A stretch of DNA of 64,000 bases from an uncultured Flavobacteriales bacterium (GTDB lineage Bacteria > Bacteroidota > Bacteroidia > Flavobacteriales > Schleiferiaceae). The stretch spans positions 25,400 to 89,399 of the forward strand of contig CATMQD010000001.1 in the NCBI GenBank assembly GCA_950073045.1, read 5' to 3'. How positions within the stretch are numbered: position 1 is the first letter of the stretch; each line of letters opens with the position of its first letter. Positions 25,885 to 35,540 of the stretch are shown here, in pieces. The notes below the pieces were generated by a model. It had not been told where the DNA came from, searched no databases, and worked only from the letters and a program-made list of their open reading frames with translations. The position numbers and the translations under genes are program-made.

Positions 25885-26073
25885 TACATATACCCCCTCT
25901 ATATCCAAAGGAGCCCGGTAACCCACTCCGGGCTTCCTTTAAACTGATTAAAACACCCCCTCTATATCCTAAAGGTTTCTCCCCGGTACCCACTCCGGGG
26001 GGAAATTTTACCCCACTAGTACATATACCCCCTCTATATCCAAAGGATCCCGGACAGACGTTCGGGATTCTTT
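25882..26073 (+). repeat. Three tandem modules, each CCCCCTCTATATCC(T)AAAGG plus a GC-rich terminator-like hairpin
   Basis: CCCCC starts at 25893, 25956 and 26028; a 31-bp sequence is identical at 25882-25912 and 26017-26047; hairpins at 25907-25940, 25971-26009 and 26042-26073. Confidence 0.9.
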
Positions 26074-26084
26074 ACTTTTGGGCC

Positions 26085-26456
26085 ATGCGAGTAGATAAAT
26101 ACCTATGGTGCGTGCGTAAGTATAAAACCCGCAGCCAAGCTACCGACGCGATTAAAAAGTCGCGAGTACGGGTTAATGATGAGGTGATTAAAGCTTCCCG
26201 CGAGGTAAAAGTGGGAGACCGAATTACTTTCAGAAAAGAAAGCGTGGATTATGAGATTGAAGTAATTGACATTCCGAAATCACGGGTGGGCGCCAAATTA
26301 GTGCCTGATTTAATAAAGGACACAACCCCTACGGAAGAGTTGGAGAAGAAAGACTTCATTAATATGATGCACAAGTTGAATCGGCCCCGAGGCACTGGAA
26401 GACCAACTAAAAAGGAACGTCGGGATTTAAGCGACTTTATGGACTTGGATGAATAG
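26085..26456 (+). CDS. hslR: S4-domain ribosome-associated heat shock protein Hsp15
   Basis: MRVDKYLWCVR.YKTRSQAT...GTGRPTKKERR. Confidence 0.92.
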   Translation: MRVDKYLWCVRKYKTRSQATDAIKKSRVRVNDEVIKASREVKVGDRITFRKESVDYEIEVIDIPKSRVGAKLVPDLIKDTTPTEELEKKDFINMMHKLNRPRGTGRPTKKERRDLSDFMDLDE

Positions 26457-27105
26457 GGAATACCTGATTCATTAAGGCTTCTAAAGGTTCTTGGTAAATA
26501 TCGTGAGCGCCTTTGAATCTTTGTAATTCAGGTTGGATACCTTTCTCCGCTAAGAAGCTGAGATGTTCATTTAGGCGCTCTTCACTTATAAACTCATCAT
26601 TATCGCCGCAAAGCATAAATAGTTCTCGAGGCTTCAAATTATCCAGGGCTTGCTCGAAATTTAAATCAGGAGGAAAAGCACCGGCCCAGTTGATTAATGT
26701 TTGAAAGGGCATATCCGTATAATTTGCCCAACGGCAAGCCGTAGCGACCCCTTGAGAGAATCCTAAAATGGCGATTTTATCGAAGTTATGATTTGCAAGA
26801 ATTTCTTTAGCCACTTGATCTAACATGCGATTGTAATCATCAATATCGTTTAAGCGATCTTCCTTGGTCATCCAGCTAGAGCCAACTCGGCCGGCATTAC
26901 CCTTTAAATAGAACCGATGCAGGCCTTCAGGCGCTACAAAGAGGATTTCTGGCCGCTTAAGCTGCTCAAATTTCTTAATGAAATACTGTGGCATCTGGCC
27001 ATAGCCATGTAAAACAAAGCACAGCTTAGTGTGTAATGAAGACGGCTCGCTACTTAGGTAGTAACGAGCCGTTCGTTCTATTTTAAAATCTTTGCGAATG
27101 CTCAA
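26437..27105 (-). CDS. Alpha/beta hydrolase (phospholipase/carboxylesterase family)
   Basis: LHGYGQ oxyanion motif, GFSQG nucleophile elbow, GDND and GAH. Confidence 0.88.
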   Translation of the reverse strand: MSIRKDFKIERTARYYLSSEPSSLHTKLCFVLHGYGQMPQYFIKKFEQLKRPEILFVAPEGLHRFYLKGNAGRVGSSWMTKEDRLNDIDDYNRMLDQVAKEILANHNFDKIAILGFSQGVATACRWANYTDMPFQTLINWAGAFPPDLNFEQALDNLKPRELFMLCGDNDEFISEERLNEHLSFLAEKGIQPELQRFKGAHDIYQEPLEALMNQVFPIHPSP

Positions 27106-27875
27106 AACTGAGGTTTACGCTTATTTAGAAATGCGGTGGTGCCTTCGGTAAAATCTTCGGTGCCGAAGCACTTCCCGAATTCTTCAATTTCCACTTTGTA
27201 GCCGTTCATGTCGGTATGATAGCCCGCATTCACACTTTTAATAGCACTATGAATTGCGCTTGAAGAGTTAAAGGCGATTTTAAAGGCCAGCTTTTTGGCG
27301 GTATCTAGAAGTTCTGTTTGCTCTACAATATGGTTTACTAGTCCCATTTCGTAGGCACGATCGGCCCCAATCATTTGCGCACTAAGAATCATTTCCAAGG
27401 CACGTCCTTTTCCTACTAATTGAGCTAATCTTTGGGTGCCTCCGTAACCGGGAATGAGGCCTAAGGTAACTTCGGGTAGTCCTAATTTGGCATTAGAAGA
27501 GGCGATACGGATATGCGCACTCATGGCTAATTCTAGTCCACCACCAAGGGCAAAACCGTTTACTGCGGCAATAACGGGCTTAGAAAAGTTTTCGATGTAG
27601 TCGAATAAAGAAGATTGACCTTGTGCGGCAAGCTCTGTTCCTTCGGTTACCGAAAAATCTGCGAATTCTTTTATATCTGCACCAGCAACAAAGGATTTTT
27701 CACCGCTTCCGGTTAGCACAATCACTCGTACCTCATCATTGGATTTTAAGCCTTCTAAAGCCTGATGTAGTTCGGCGATGGTTTCTTTATTTAAAGCATT
27801 TAATTGCTTAGGGCGGTTAATGGTTAAGAGCGCAATTTTGTCGCTTATTTCCAGTAGCAGGTTGTTAAATTCCAT
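27102..27875 (-). CDS. Enoyl-CoA hydratase/crotonase family protein
   Basis: FVAGADIKEF, AVNGFALGGGLELAM and LPEVTLGLIPGYGGTQRL; start MEFNNLL at 27875 preferred. Confidence 0.93.
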   Translation of the reverse strand: MEFNNLLLEISDKIALLTINRPKQLNALNKETIAELHQALEGLKSNDEVRVIVLTGSGEKSFVAGADIKEFADFSVTEGTELAAQGQSSLFDYIENFSKPVIAAVNGFALGGGLELAMSAHIRIASSNAKLGLPEVTLGLIPGYGGTQRLAQLVGKGRALEMILSAQMIGADRAYEMGLVNHIVEQTELLDTAKKLAFKIAFNSSSAIHSAIKSVNAGYHTDMNGYKVEIEEFGKCFGTEDFTEGTTAFLNKRKPQF

Positions 27876-27921
27876 GATTGTTTTATTCGGTACCCTGCAA
27901 AAGAAAAGAATTCCTTCGAGT

Positions 27922-29397
27922 TTAAGAAACCTCTGGCTCCTTCTCCTGGGCGGAAAGCGGCAGTAAAACTTTAAAGCAGGTTCCTTCCCCGAGTTTTGTT
28001 TCGAACTCGATACTTCCAGAAAAGCCATCTACAATACGTTTAACCAAGGCTAAGCCTAAGCCCATGCCTCTAGACTTGGTGGTGAATCTTGGTTCAAAAA
28101 TCTTATCTCTTTGAGCCTCGGGAATACCGCTTCCATTGTCGCACACTTTGATAAGGGCTTGGTCTGCTTTTCGGCTTAAAGCCACCTTAACATTACCTTG
28201 TCGTTCTTTAGGCACGGCCTGAAGACCATTGTTGATCAAGTTATTCATCACTCGAATTAATTGATCGGGATCAGCATAAATTTGCAGGTCATCGTGCTCG
28301 GCTTCAAACTCTACATTATCTTCTGGGTAAAGCGCTGCAACTCTTTTAATTAAATCGCGAGCGGGAAAGAGTTTTAATCGAAGTTCCGGCATGCTTGCAA
28401 ATCGGGAGAAGGCCTCAGCAATATTACTGAGGGTGTCGATTTGGTCAATCATGCTTTCGGAAAACTCCTGTAGCTTTTCAGGGTTTTCGGTTTTTAAGCT
28501 GCGTTCTAAATATTGAACATTGAGGCGCATGGGGGTAAGAGGATTCTTTATCTCATGAGCTACCTGCTTTGCCATTTCACGCCAAGCACTTTCTCTTTCC
28601 GTTTGGGCTAATTTGGCTGCCGAAGCCTCCAACTCTTGCAGCATGCGATTATATTCTACCACTAAGGCTCCAATCTCATCGGTATACTGCCATTGCATCT
28701 GGTAATTACCTCCTTTTAATCTGGTGTTTTTGATATGTTCACCAATCATTTGAAGCGAGCTGGTGATATAGTTTGAAAGGAAATAAGCGATCAGTCCCGC
28801 ACCCAAAAACAGCAAAAGGTATATCTCGGCTAAACGCCAAAGAAAGTCCTGCAAATCCTCTCTGCTGAGGTTGTCGGAGTCGAAATAAGGTAGATTGATA
28901 ATCGCCACTGGCTTGGCTTGAAAATTTCGAATAAAGTCGAAGGTGCTCAGGAACTCTACACTGTCGGTTTTATAGCGTCTAAGAACCTGATCGGAGGTTT
29001 GGTAGAGGCGCTCCATTAGGTCGGGAGCGATTTTGGTAGGGATGATTCCTTTTTCGTGAAGATGTGGTGCGCTGGTTATTAATAAATTTCCGTTTAATCC
29101 GTAGATATTAATATCGAGGGCATTTACCTGGGCTAATTCGCAAACCTTATTATCAAAAAGGCGGACAATGCTATCGGTATCATTGGTTATTTCTTGGTCG
29201 TGCAGAAAGAACTTTATGGATTCTAATACCGCCGACTCCTTTCTGCGCAAGCGGTCCTCGTGGTAGGCCTCATTAACTTCTTTAAAATGATAGAAAGAAA
29301 TTGTACCCGTAAGGAGAAAGGAAATAGCTAAAATGAGCAGCATCGAAAAAAAGATGCGCCCTCTTAGGGTAATAGGTATCCAAGCATTACTAATCAC
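27922..29397 (-). CDS. Membrane sensor histidine kinase (NtrY-like, HAMP-HisKA-HATPase)
   Basis: Two TM helices; WREMAKQVAHEIKNPLTP H-box; N, G1, F and G2 boxes. Confidence 0.92.
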   Translation of the reverse strand: MISNAWIPITLRGRIFFSMLLILAISFLLTGTISFYHFKEVNEAYHEDRLRRKESAVLESIKFFLHDQEITNDTDSIVRLFDNKVCELAQVNALDINIYGLNGNLLITSAPHLHEKGIIPTKIAPDLMERLYQTSDQVLRRYKTDSVEFLSTFDFIRNFQAKPVAIINLPYFDSDNLSREDLQDFLWRLAEIYLLLFLGAGLIAYFLSNYITSSLQMIGEHIKNTRLKGGNYQMQWQYTDEIGALVVEYNRMLQELEASAAKLAQTERESAWREMAKQVAHEIKNPLTPMRLNVQYLERSLKTENPEKLQEFSESMIDQIDTLSNIAEAFSRFASMPELRLKLFPARDLIKRVAALYPEDNVEFEAEHDDLQIYADPDQLIRVMNNLINNGLQAVPKERQGNVKVALSRKADQALIKVCDNGSGIPEAQRDKIFEPRFTTKSRGMGLGLALVKRIVDGFSGSIEFETKLGEGTCFKVLLPLSAQEKEPEVS

Positions 29398-29454
29398 GAC
29401 GGGAAGGTAGCAAAATACGGGCCGAAAATTTAGGCTATGGAATGGTGGAAAAAC

Positions 29455-29482
29455 AAAAAACCCTGACGCGATGGTCAGGGTT
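29455..29482 (-). terminator. atp operon terminator
   Basis: AACCCTGAC-N6-GTCAGGGTT with a T run on the minus strand. Confidence 0.8.
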
Positions 29483-29505
29483 CTAAGAACAATTACAAGT
29501 AAAAA

Positions 29506-30369
29506 CTAGCTATCCGCCAAAGCGTTAGCACCACCAACAATCTCGAGAATTTCGTTGGTAATTGCTGCCTGACGAGCTTTGTTATATTCTAGACTTAAAG
29601 AACGTTTAAGATCTTGTGCATTATCGGTTGCTTTGTGCATGGCGGTCATACGTGCACCATGCTCCGAAGCTTGACTATCTAATAAGGCTTTAAAGAGCTG
29701 TGTTTTTAGAGACTTTGGAATAAGGTCTTCTAAAATTTCTTCTTTGCCTGGTTCGTAGATGTATTCGCCGCTGGATTGAGTTTCGCCTTCTACCTCGCGG
29801 ATAGGAAGGAATTGCTCGCACTGTACTCTCTGCGTGGCCGCATTTACAAACTGGTTGTACACCAATTCGATACGATCGTACTCGCCATCAATAAACTTGC
29901 TCATTAGCATTTCTGCTACTTCGCTTGCATTATCGTAGTTTAAGGCATTATAGATTTCATTGCGATCTCCGATTGGAGCACCAGAACCACGCTTCATAAG
30001 AATCTCACCACCTTTTTTACCGATAAAGAAAGTATCTACCTTGGCAGAGCTTTCTTTTTGATAAGCCATTACGCGCTTAACAATGTTCGCATTAAAAGCA
30101 CCGCACAGTCCACGATTGGATGAAATAGCCACTAAAAGAACCTTTTCAATATTCTCTGTTTGGCGGCTATAAACGCCTTCTGAAGAATCCAAGGTAGCGC
30201 TTACGTTTACTAGAATTTCTTCAAGCTTACTCGCATAAGGACGTAGAGCGGTAATCGCATCTTGAGCGCGCTTCAATTTAGCAGCAGAAACCATTTTCAT
30301 GGCAGAAGTGATCTGCATGGTACTACCTACCGAAGATATACGACTGCGAAGTTCTTTTAAGTTCGCCAT
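29506..30369 (-). CDS. atpG: ATP synthase F1 gamma subunit
   Basis: QITSAMKMVSAAKL; EHGARMTAM; RQAAITNEILEI. Confidence 0.98.
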   Translation of the reverse strand: MANLKELRSRISSVGSTMQITSAMKMVSAAKLKRAQDAITALRPYASKLEEILVNVSATLDSSEGVYSRQTENIEKVLLVAISSNRGLCGAFNANIVKRVMAYQKESSAKVDTFFIGKKGGEILMKRGSGAPIGDRNEIYNALNYDNASEVAEMLMSKFIDGEYDRIELVYNQFVNAATQRVQCEQFLPIREVEGETQSSGEYIYEPGKEEILEDLIPKSLKTQLFKALLDSQASEHGARMTAMHKATDNAQDLKRSLSLEYNKARQAAITNEILEIVGGANALADS

Positions 30370-30387
30370 AGTGTTTAAGCTTAATTA

Positions 30388-30406
30388 GTCCCGGCTAGGC
30401 CGGGAC
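30388..30406. other. Intercistronic stem-loop between atpA and atpG
   Basis: GTCCCGGC-TAG-GCCGGGAC. Confidence 0.6.
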
Positions 30407-30415
30407 CAAAACTTT

Positions 30416-31990
30416 TTAATATTTAGCGGCCAATTCTTTGGCTACGGTCTCAATAGTGCTCTTGATCTCGTCGGTAAGTTTACCGGCTTTTAATTGATCA
30501 AGTACATCGCGGTGTTTGTTATCCATGAAGTCTAAGAATTCTACTTCGAACTCACGGATTTTATTTACCGGCACTTTATTTAGAAGGGCTTTGGTACCTA
30601 CATAAATAATAGCGGCTTGCTTTTCTACTGGAAGTGGGCTGTTTACACCTTGCTTCAAGATCTCTACGTTACGTTGACCTTTGTTAATTACTGCCATAGT
30701 GGCTGCATCAAGGTCAGAACCAAACTTAGCAAAGGCTTCTAGTTCACGGTACTGAGCTTGGTCAAGCTTCAAGGTACCAGATACCTTTTTCATAGACTTG
30801 ATCTGTGCGGAACCACCTACACGGGATACAGAGATACCTACGTTAATCGCAGGACGTACACCCGAGTTAAAGAGGTCAGACTCTAGGAAGATCTGTCCGT
30901 CGGTAATCGAAATTACGTTGGTAGGAATATAGGCAGAAACGTCACCAGCCTGAGTTTCGATAATTGGAAGTGCAGTTAAAGAACCGCCACCTTTCACTTT
31001 ATCTTTTAAAGACTCTGGCAAGTCGTTCATGTTCTTAGCCACATTATCATCGGCGATAACCTTCGCAGCACGCTCTAATAAGCGAGAGTGAAGGTAGAAT
31101 ACATCACCAGGATAAGCCTCACGACCTGGAGGACGACGAAGAAGTAGAGATACCTCACGGTAAGCTACAGCTTGTTTAGAAAGGTCATCATATACGATCA
31201 AGGCCGGACGACCTGTATCGCGGAAATACTCACCAATTGCAGCACCAGCAAATGGAGCGTAGAACTGCATTGGAGCAGGATCAGAAGCATTTGCAGCTAC
31301 GATTACAGTATAATCTAAAGCGCCTTTTTCTTCTAATGTTTTGGCGATACCTGCTACGGTAGAACCTTTCTGACCGATAGCTACGTAAATACAGAATACA
31401 GGCTCACCTGCTTCATAGAATTCACGCTGGTTTATAATGGTATCAATAGCAACAGTAGACTTACCAGTCTGACGGTCGCCAATAATTAATTCACGTTGAC
31501 CACGGCCTACAGGAATCATCGCATCGATCGCTTTGATACCAGTTTGCAATGGCTCGTTTACTGGTTGACGGAAGATTACCCCTGGAGCCTTACGCTCTAG
31601 TGGCATTTCGAAGGTTTCGCCTTCGATTGGTCCCTTACCGTCGATTGGGTTACCCAAGGTATCTACTACACGACCAACCATACCTTCACCTACTTGTAGG
31701 GAGGCAATCTGACCAGTACGTTTTACGGTAGAACCTTCTTTAATATTACCGTCGGCACCAAGCAATACGATACCTACGTTGTCTTCTTCAAGGTTAAGAA
31801 TAATACCGCGTAAACCAGAGTCGAATTCAACCAACTCACCAGCTTGAGCATTGCTCAAACCATAGGCGCGGGCGATACCGTCACCTACCTGGAGAATAGT
31901 TCCTACTTCTTCTAGGTCTGCTTCACTTTTAAAACCAGAAAGCTGGTTTCTTAGAATTGCTGATACTTCAGCGGATTTTACTTCAGCCAT
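30416..31990 (-). CDS. atpA: ATP synthase F1 alpha subunit
   Basis: GDRQTGKS P-loop; [23 protein letters not shown]. Confidence 0.99.
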   Translation of the reverse strand: MAEVKSAEVSAILRNQLSGFKSEADLEEVGTILQVGDGIARAYGLSNAQAGELVEFDSGLRGIILNLEEDNVGIVLLGADGNIKEGSTVKRTGQIASLQVGEGMVGRVVDTLGNPIDGKGPIEGETFEMPLERKAPGVIFRQPVNEPLQTGIKAIDAMIPVGRGQRELIIGDRQTGKSTVAIDTIINQREFYEAGEPVFCIYVAIGQKGSTVAGIAKTLEEKGALDYTVIVAANASDPAPMQFYAPFAGAAIGEYFRDTGRPALIVYDDLSKQAVAYREVSLLLRRPPGREAYPGDVFYLHSRLLERAAKVIADDNVAKNMNDLPESLKDKVKGGGSLTALPIIETQAGDVSAYIPTNVISITDGQIFLESDLFNSGVRPAINVGISVSRVGGSAQIKSMKKVSGTLKLDQAQYRELEAFAKFGSDLDAATMAVINKGQRNVEILKQGVNSPLPVEKQAAIIYVGTKALLNKVPVNKIREFEVEFLDFMDNKHRDVLDQLKAGKLTDEIKSTIETVAKELAAKY

Positions 31991-32011
31991 GTTGCTTGAG
32001 CTTAATGATCC

Positions 32012-32569
32012 TTAAAAATCTTTGATGTAGTGGTTTTCTTGAAATTGACGACGCAAAGTTTTTAACTGATGCGCCAAGCTGCCGTTGTAGCGTTTATCGC
32101 CCACACGAAGTACCATGCCGCCGATGAGGCTTTCATCAACATGCTGGTTCAATTCCACTTGTTTTCCGGTATAAGAAGCAGCTTTTTCAGCCACTGCTTT
32201 TACCTCATCTTCACTTAATGCATAAGCAGTAGTTACACTAACCCGCTCAATACCTTTAAGGTGAAGGTACATGTTTTCATAAGCCTGAGCGATCACTCTA
32301 AAAGCGCCCTCGCGGCCATGATTCACAACTACCTGAAAGAAGCGCTGAGTAATCTCATGCACTTTATCTCCAAAGATTTCCTTCAGGATAGCTTCCTTTT
32401 TATCTGCTTTTACGATCGGGCTAGACATTACATTCGCCAGCTCGCGAGACTCATTCAAAGTACCAGCTATCAATCGCATGTCTTCGCGAATAGCCTCTAC
32501 CTCATTTTTCTCCTGAGCTAAGTCTAATAAAGCCTTAGCGTAAACGCGTCCTAACTTGGTTACAACCAT
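32012..32569 (-). CDS. atpH: ATP synthase F1 delta subunit
   Basis: RVYAKAL; VDESLIGGMVLRVGD; operon position. Confidence 0.95.
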   Translation of the reverse strand: MVVTKLGRVYAKALLDLAQEKNEVEAIREDMRLIAGTLNESRELANVMSSPIVKADKKEAILKEIFGDKVHEITQRFFQVVVNHGREGAFRVIAQAYENMYLHLKGIERVSVTTAYALSEDEVKAVAEKAASYTGKQVELNQHVDESLIGGMVLRVGDKRYNGSLAHQLKTLRRQFQENHYIKDF

Positions 32570-32570
32570 G

Positions 32571-33068
32571 TTAGTTCAATTTAAATTTGTCTAACTGCTC
32601 CTTTACAAGCTCACCTTGCTTGCTCTTGTCAGAAAGTTCTTTGCCTAATACTAATTCTGCAATCTCAATAGACATTTCAGCAACCTGATTTTTAAGGTCG
32701 GTTACTGCCGCCATTTTTTCGTTTTGGATTTGCTCCTTAGCGTTAGCAATAATTTTCTCGGCTTGGCTACCTGCTTCTGATTTAGCGTCGTTGATCATTT
32801 TGTCTTTGATCTCACGAGCTTCTTTCAGAATAGTGTCACGCTCTGCACGAGCTTCAGCTAAAATACGGTTGTTATCAGCTTGTAAACGCTCCATTTCTTC
32901 GCGAGCCTTTTCGGCTGATGCGAGGGAGTCTTCGATACTCTTTTCACGTTCCTCTACCGCGCCTAAAATTGGCTTCCAAGCGTATTTACGTAATACGATT
33001 AGGAGAACGATAAAGAGTAAAAGTTGCCAGAAAAATAGGCCAACTGAAAAATCTTCTAATAATGCCAC
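32571..33068 (-). CDS. atpF: ATP synthase F0 b subunit
   Basis: N-terminal TM, AWKPILGAVEERE, coiled coil. Confidence 0.96.
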   Translation of the reverse strand: MALLEDFSVGLFFWQLLLFIVLLIVLRKYAWKPILGAVEEREKSIEDSLASAEKAREEMERLQADNNRILAEARAERDTILKEAREIKDKMINDAKSEAGSQAEKIIANAKEQIQNEKMAAVTDLKNQVAEMSIEIAELVLGKELSDKSKQGELVKEQLDKFKLN

Positions 33069-33107
33069 TTAAAAAGTCTTTAATTCGGTTCGTTCAAAAA
33101 TTAGGGA

Positions 33108-33143
33108 ACCAAGGGCGACAGCCAACCGCTGCTCACCCTTGGT
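33108..33143. other. Long intercistronic hairpin after atpE
   Basis: ACCAAGGG...CAGC-CAACC-GCTG...CCCTTGGT. Confidence 0.7.
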
Positions 33144-33154
33144 CTTTAAGTTTC

Positions 33155-33346
33155 TTACACTGCGAACAGGGCAGCGAAACCAATACCCTCGATAAGTGCA
33201 GCAGCGATAATCATCGCAGTCTGAATCTTACCAGAAGCTTCAGGTTGACGAGCGATGGCTTCCATAGCGGAACCACCAATACGACCGATACCCATACCGG
33301 CACCGATTACGATCAAACCTGCACCTACAATAGCTGGAATTTCCAT
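33155..33346 (-). CDS. atpE: ATP synthase F0 c subunit (63 aa)
   Basis: GAGMGIG glycine zipper, ARQPE loop, ALIEG carboxylate. Confidence 0.97.
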   Translation of the reverse strand: MEIPAIVGAGLIVIGAGMGIGRIGGSAMEAIARQPEASGKIQTAMIIAAALIEGIGFAALFAV

Positions 33347-33377
33347 GGTTTGTGTGATTTAAGCATTAATAAAAATC

Positions 33378-34463
33378 TTAGTGGTGTTCATCATGTTCTT
33401 CTACCGCCGAACCAAAGTACAGGGCTGATAACATAGTGAAAATATATGCCTGTAAAAAGGCCACCAACAATTCAATAATAGATAAGAAGAAGGTCAAACC
33501 GAAGAATGCTCCTTTAGCACCCCAAGCGCCAAACACGAAGATTAATCCGATGATGCTAATAATTACGGTGTGACCAGCCAAGATATTCGCATATAAACGA
33601 ATCATAAGAGAGAAAGGCTTTACAAATAAACCTAAAACCTCAATTGGCATTAATACAATACGCATTACATAAGGTACTCCTGGCATCCAGAAGATATGCG
33701 CCCAATAATCCTTTTTACCGGAGAACTGAGTAATAAAGAAGGTAATTAAAGCTAAGCCGAAGGTTACGGCGATGTTACCGGTAATGTTAATTCCTAATGG
33801 AGTTTGACCAATCATGTTGGCAATCCAAATAAAGAAGAACACTGTTAAAAGGTAAGGCATGAAACGCTTGTAATCTTTTTCTCCGATGTTCGGGCGGGCA
33901 ATATCGTCGCGTACTAAGATTACTAAAGGCTCCAAGAATTTCGATAGGCCACGAGGAACTAAATCGTTTTTATAGCGCTTAGCTACCGAACCAAACATCC
34001 AAAGCATTAATAGACCAACTAGGATGGTGCTAAAAACGGTTTTGGTGATTGAAAAGTCGATTGGCTTTTCGTTGGTCACGTGATGCTCCTCATCATAATT
34101 GATATGGCCTTCGGCATCGGTGCTGTAAATTTTGCTATGGTAAAGACGGAAATGAGAGCCTTTACTTTCTACCACGCCATTTTCTTGGTGATGGAACTCT
34201 GAGGACATGAAAAAGTGCAATTGTCCGTCCCAGAGAATAATTGGCAATGGAAACTCCACTGAGTTACCCTTGGCGTGATCTCCCCACAAATGAAAACTGT
34301 GGCTGTCTTTAAGGTGGTGTTCCTTTACTTCGTTGATCTGCTCTTTGATGCTCTTCTCACCATGGTCATCATGACTATCGTGTGAGTCGTGGCCATCGCC
34401 AGCACTAGCCGTCAGTGAGAGGGCAAAAAGGAAAGCAAAGAATCCGAATCTTTTGATCTGCAT
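33378..34463 (-). CDS. atpB: ATP synthase F0 a subunit with N-terminal extension
   Basis: KPFSLMIRLYANILAGH; ELLVAFLQAYIFTML. Confidence 0.97.
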   Translation of the reverse strand: MQIKRFGFFAFLFALSLTASAGDGHDSHDSHDDHGEKSIKEQINEVKEHHLKDSHSFHLWGDHAKGNSVEFPLPIILWDGQLHFFMSSEFHHQENGVVESKGSHFRLYHSKIYSTDAEGHINYDEEHHVTNEKPIDFSITKTVFSTILVGLLMLWMFGSVAKRYKNDLVPRGLSKFLEPLVILVRDDIARPNIGEKDYKRFMPYLLTVFFFIWIANMIGQTPLGINITGNIAVTFGLALITFFITQFSGKKDYWAHIFWMPGVPYVMRIVLMPIEVLGLFVKPFSLMIRLYANILAGHTVIISIIGLIFVFGAWGAKGAFFGLTFFLSIIELLVAFLQAYIFTMLSALYFGSAVEEHDEHH

Positions 34464-34549
34464 AACTCGGCGTTCAGTGGTCGTTTAAAAATCAGCGCAA
34501 AAGTAAACATATTTGCTTTCCGAGCTCGCAATTTTTCAGGCTTCTTTTT

Positions 34550-34936
34550 TTAGTCCTGATTTAAGCTTTTCAATAAGATGAAAGATTTGAAGCCTAATGC
34601 GGTGATATAAGGTATGAAAAAGGCCACGAATTCTGAGGTCTGCATCTCGCCATCAGCCTTATACACAGGGTAAAACACTAAAAAGAAAACCAAGAATTTT
34701 AAAAGGCTGCCACCCATAAAAATAAAGCCCAAATGGTCTTTTTGTTTTTTAGCGATGCGCAACATTATGCTTAAAATAGTTTCGGCAGCAAGGATATTAA
34801 AGAGATATGCCTGCCATAAAAGATCTTTTTCTAGGCTTTCACCGGATTGAAAAACCCAAATTGCATGTGCCCCAAAAACCAAAGTCATAATTACGAGCAG
34901 ACTTATTTGCGGAGAACGCATCAATAATTTAGTCAT
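34550..34936 (-). CDS. AtpI-like 4-TM membrane protein (DUF6168-like)
   Basis: Hydrophobic; GFIFMGGSLLKF; position upstream of atpB. Confidence 0.7.
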   Translation of the reverse strand: MTKLLMRSPQISLLVIMTLVFGAHAIWVFQSGESLEKDLLWQAYLFNILAAETILSIMLRIAKKQKDHLGFIFMGGSLLKFLVFFLVFYPVYKADGEMQTSEFVAFFIPYITALGFKSFILLKSLNQD

Positions 34937-35168
34937 CCTGATCGGATTTAATACCTCGAAGAAATAGATAAAGGCCCAAGCCCATGCCGCCTAATGTTCC
35001 TACTAAAGTAAACCAAGGCTTCTCAAAACGTTGTTGAGCATCGAGCCACTTTCCGCCGTAGGCGCCCATAAAAATTAGGGCACCCATTTGGAAACCTAAA
35101 CTCGAATATTTGGCATAGGACTTAAGAGATCTTTTCAGATCGTCTTTGTTCTTTTTGGGTGGAGTCAT
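34929..35168 (-). CDS. AtpZ/AtpI family protein
   Basis: YSSLGFQMGA...GKWLD..FTLVGTLGG pattern. Confidence 0.85.
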   Translation of the reverse strand: MTPPKKNKDDLKRSLKSYAKYSSLGFQMGALIFMGAYGGKWLDAQQRFEKPWFTLVGTLGGMGLGLYLFLRGIKSDQDD

Positions 35169-35538
35169 TGTTTTGAATTTCGCGAACTACGGCACCCATC
35201 TTACAGGAACCACTAAACTCAGCTCCTGGTTCAATAGCCAATTTAATGGTGAAAATATCGCCTTCCACACGAGCAGAGGCTTCTAAGTTTAGTAAATCAT
35301 CTACAATCATGGTGCCTTCGAGGCGACCAGAAATTCTTGCAGAACCGCATTTTACTTCTCCTTTTACGAGTCCTTTCTGACCAATAACCAACTTACCCGA
35401 AATATTAATATTGCCAGTTATTTGTCCGTCTACACGGAAGTCTCCCTCAGAGCTAACGTTACCATCAATAGTGGTTCCCTGCAAAATTCGATTACTGCTG
35501 CTGGGGCCAACGCTTACTTCCTTCGTTTTTTTAATCAT
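35122..35538 (-). CDS. Bactofilin (polymer-forming cytoskeletal protein)
   Basis: IxxGTTIDGNV...FRVDGQITGNI..LVIG..G.V.GEV..LAIEPGAEFSGSCKM beta-helix. Confidence 0.92.
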   Translation of the reverse strand: MIKKTKEVSVGPSSSNRILQGTTIDGNVSSEGDFRVDGQITGNINISGKLVIGQKGLVKGEVKCGSARISGRLEGTMIVDDLLNLEASARVEGDIFTIKLAIEPGAEFSGSCKMGAVVREIQNNDSTQKEQRRSEKIS

Positions 35539-35540
35539 AA

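Noticed and set aside
25882-26073. Mini-CRISPR interpretation of the triple repeat
   Set aside because: The 'spacers' are self-complementary and related to each other, periods are unequal (63 and 72 bp), and no cas genes are present
27922-29397. Histidine kinase as partner of the LytTR regulator
   Set aside because: It is an NtrY-like HisKA kinase, not LytS-type, lies 6 kb away and is in a housekeeping context
33155-33346. Na+-translocating ATP synthase
   Set aside because: The c subunit reads IEGIG and lacks the Q...ES/T sodium-binding signature
33062-33436. 124-aa plus-strand ORF across atpE
   Set aside because: Antisense to a highly conserved gene and has no recognisable features
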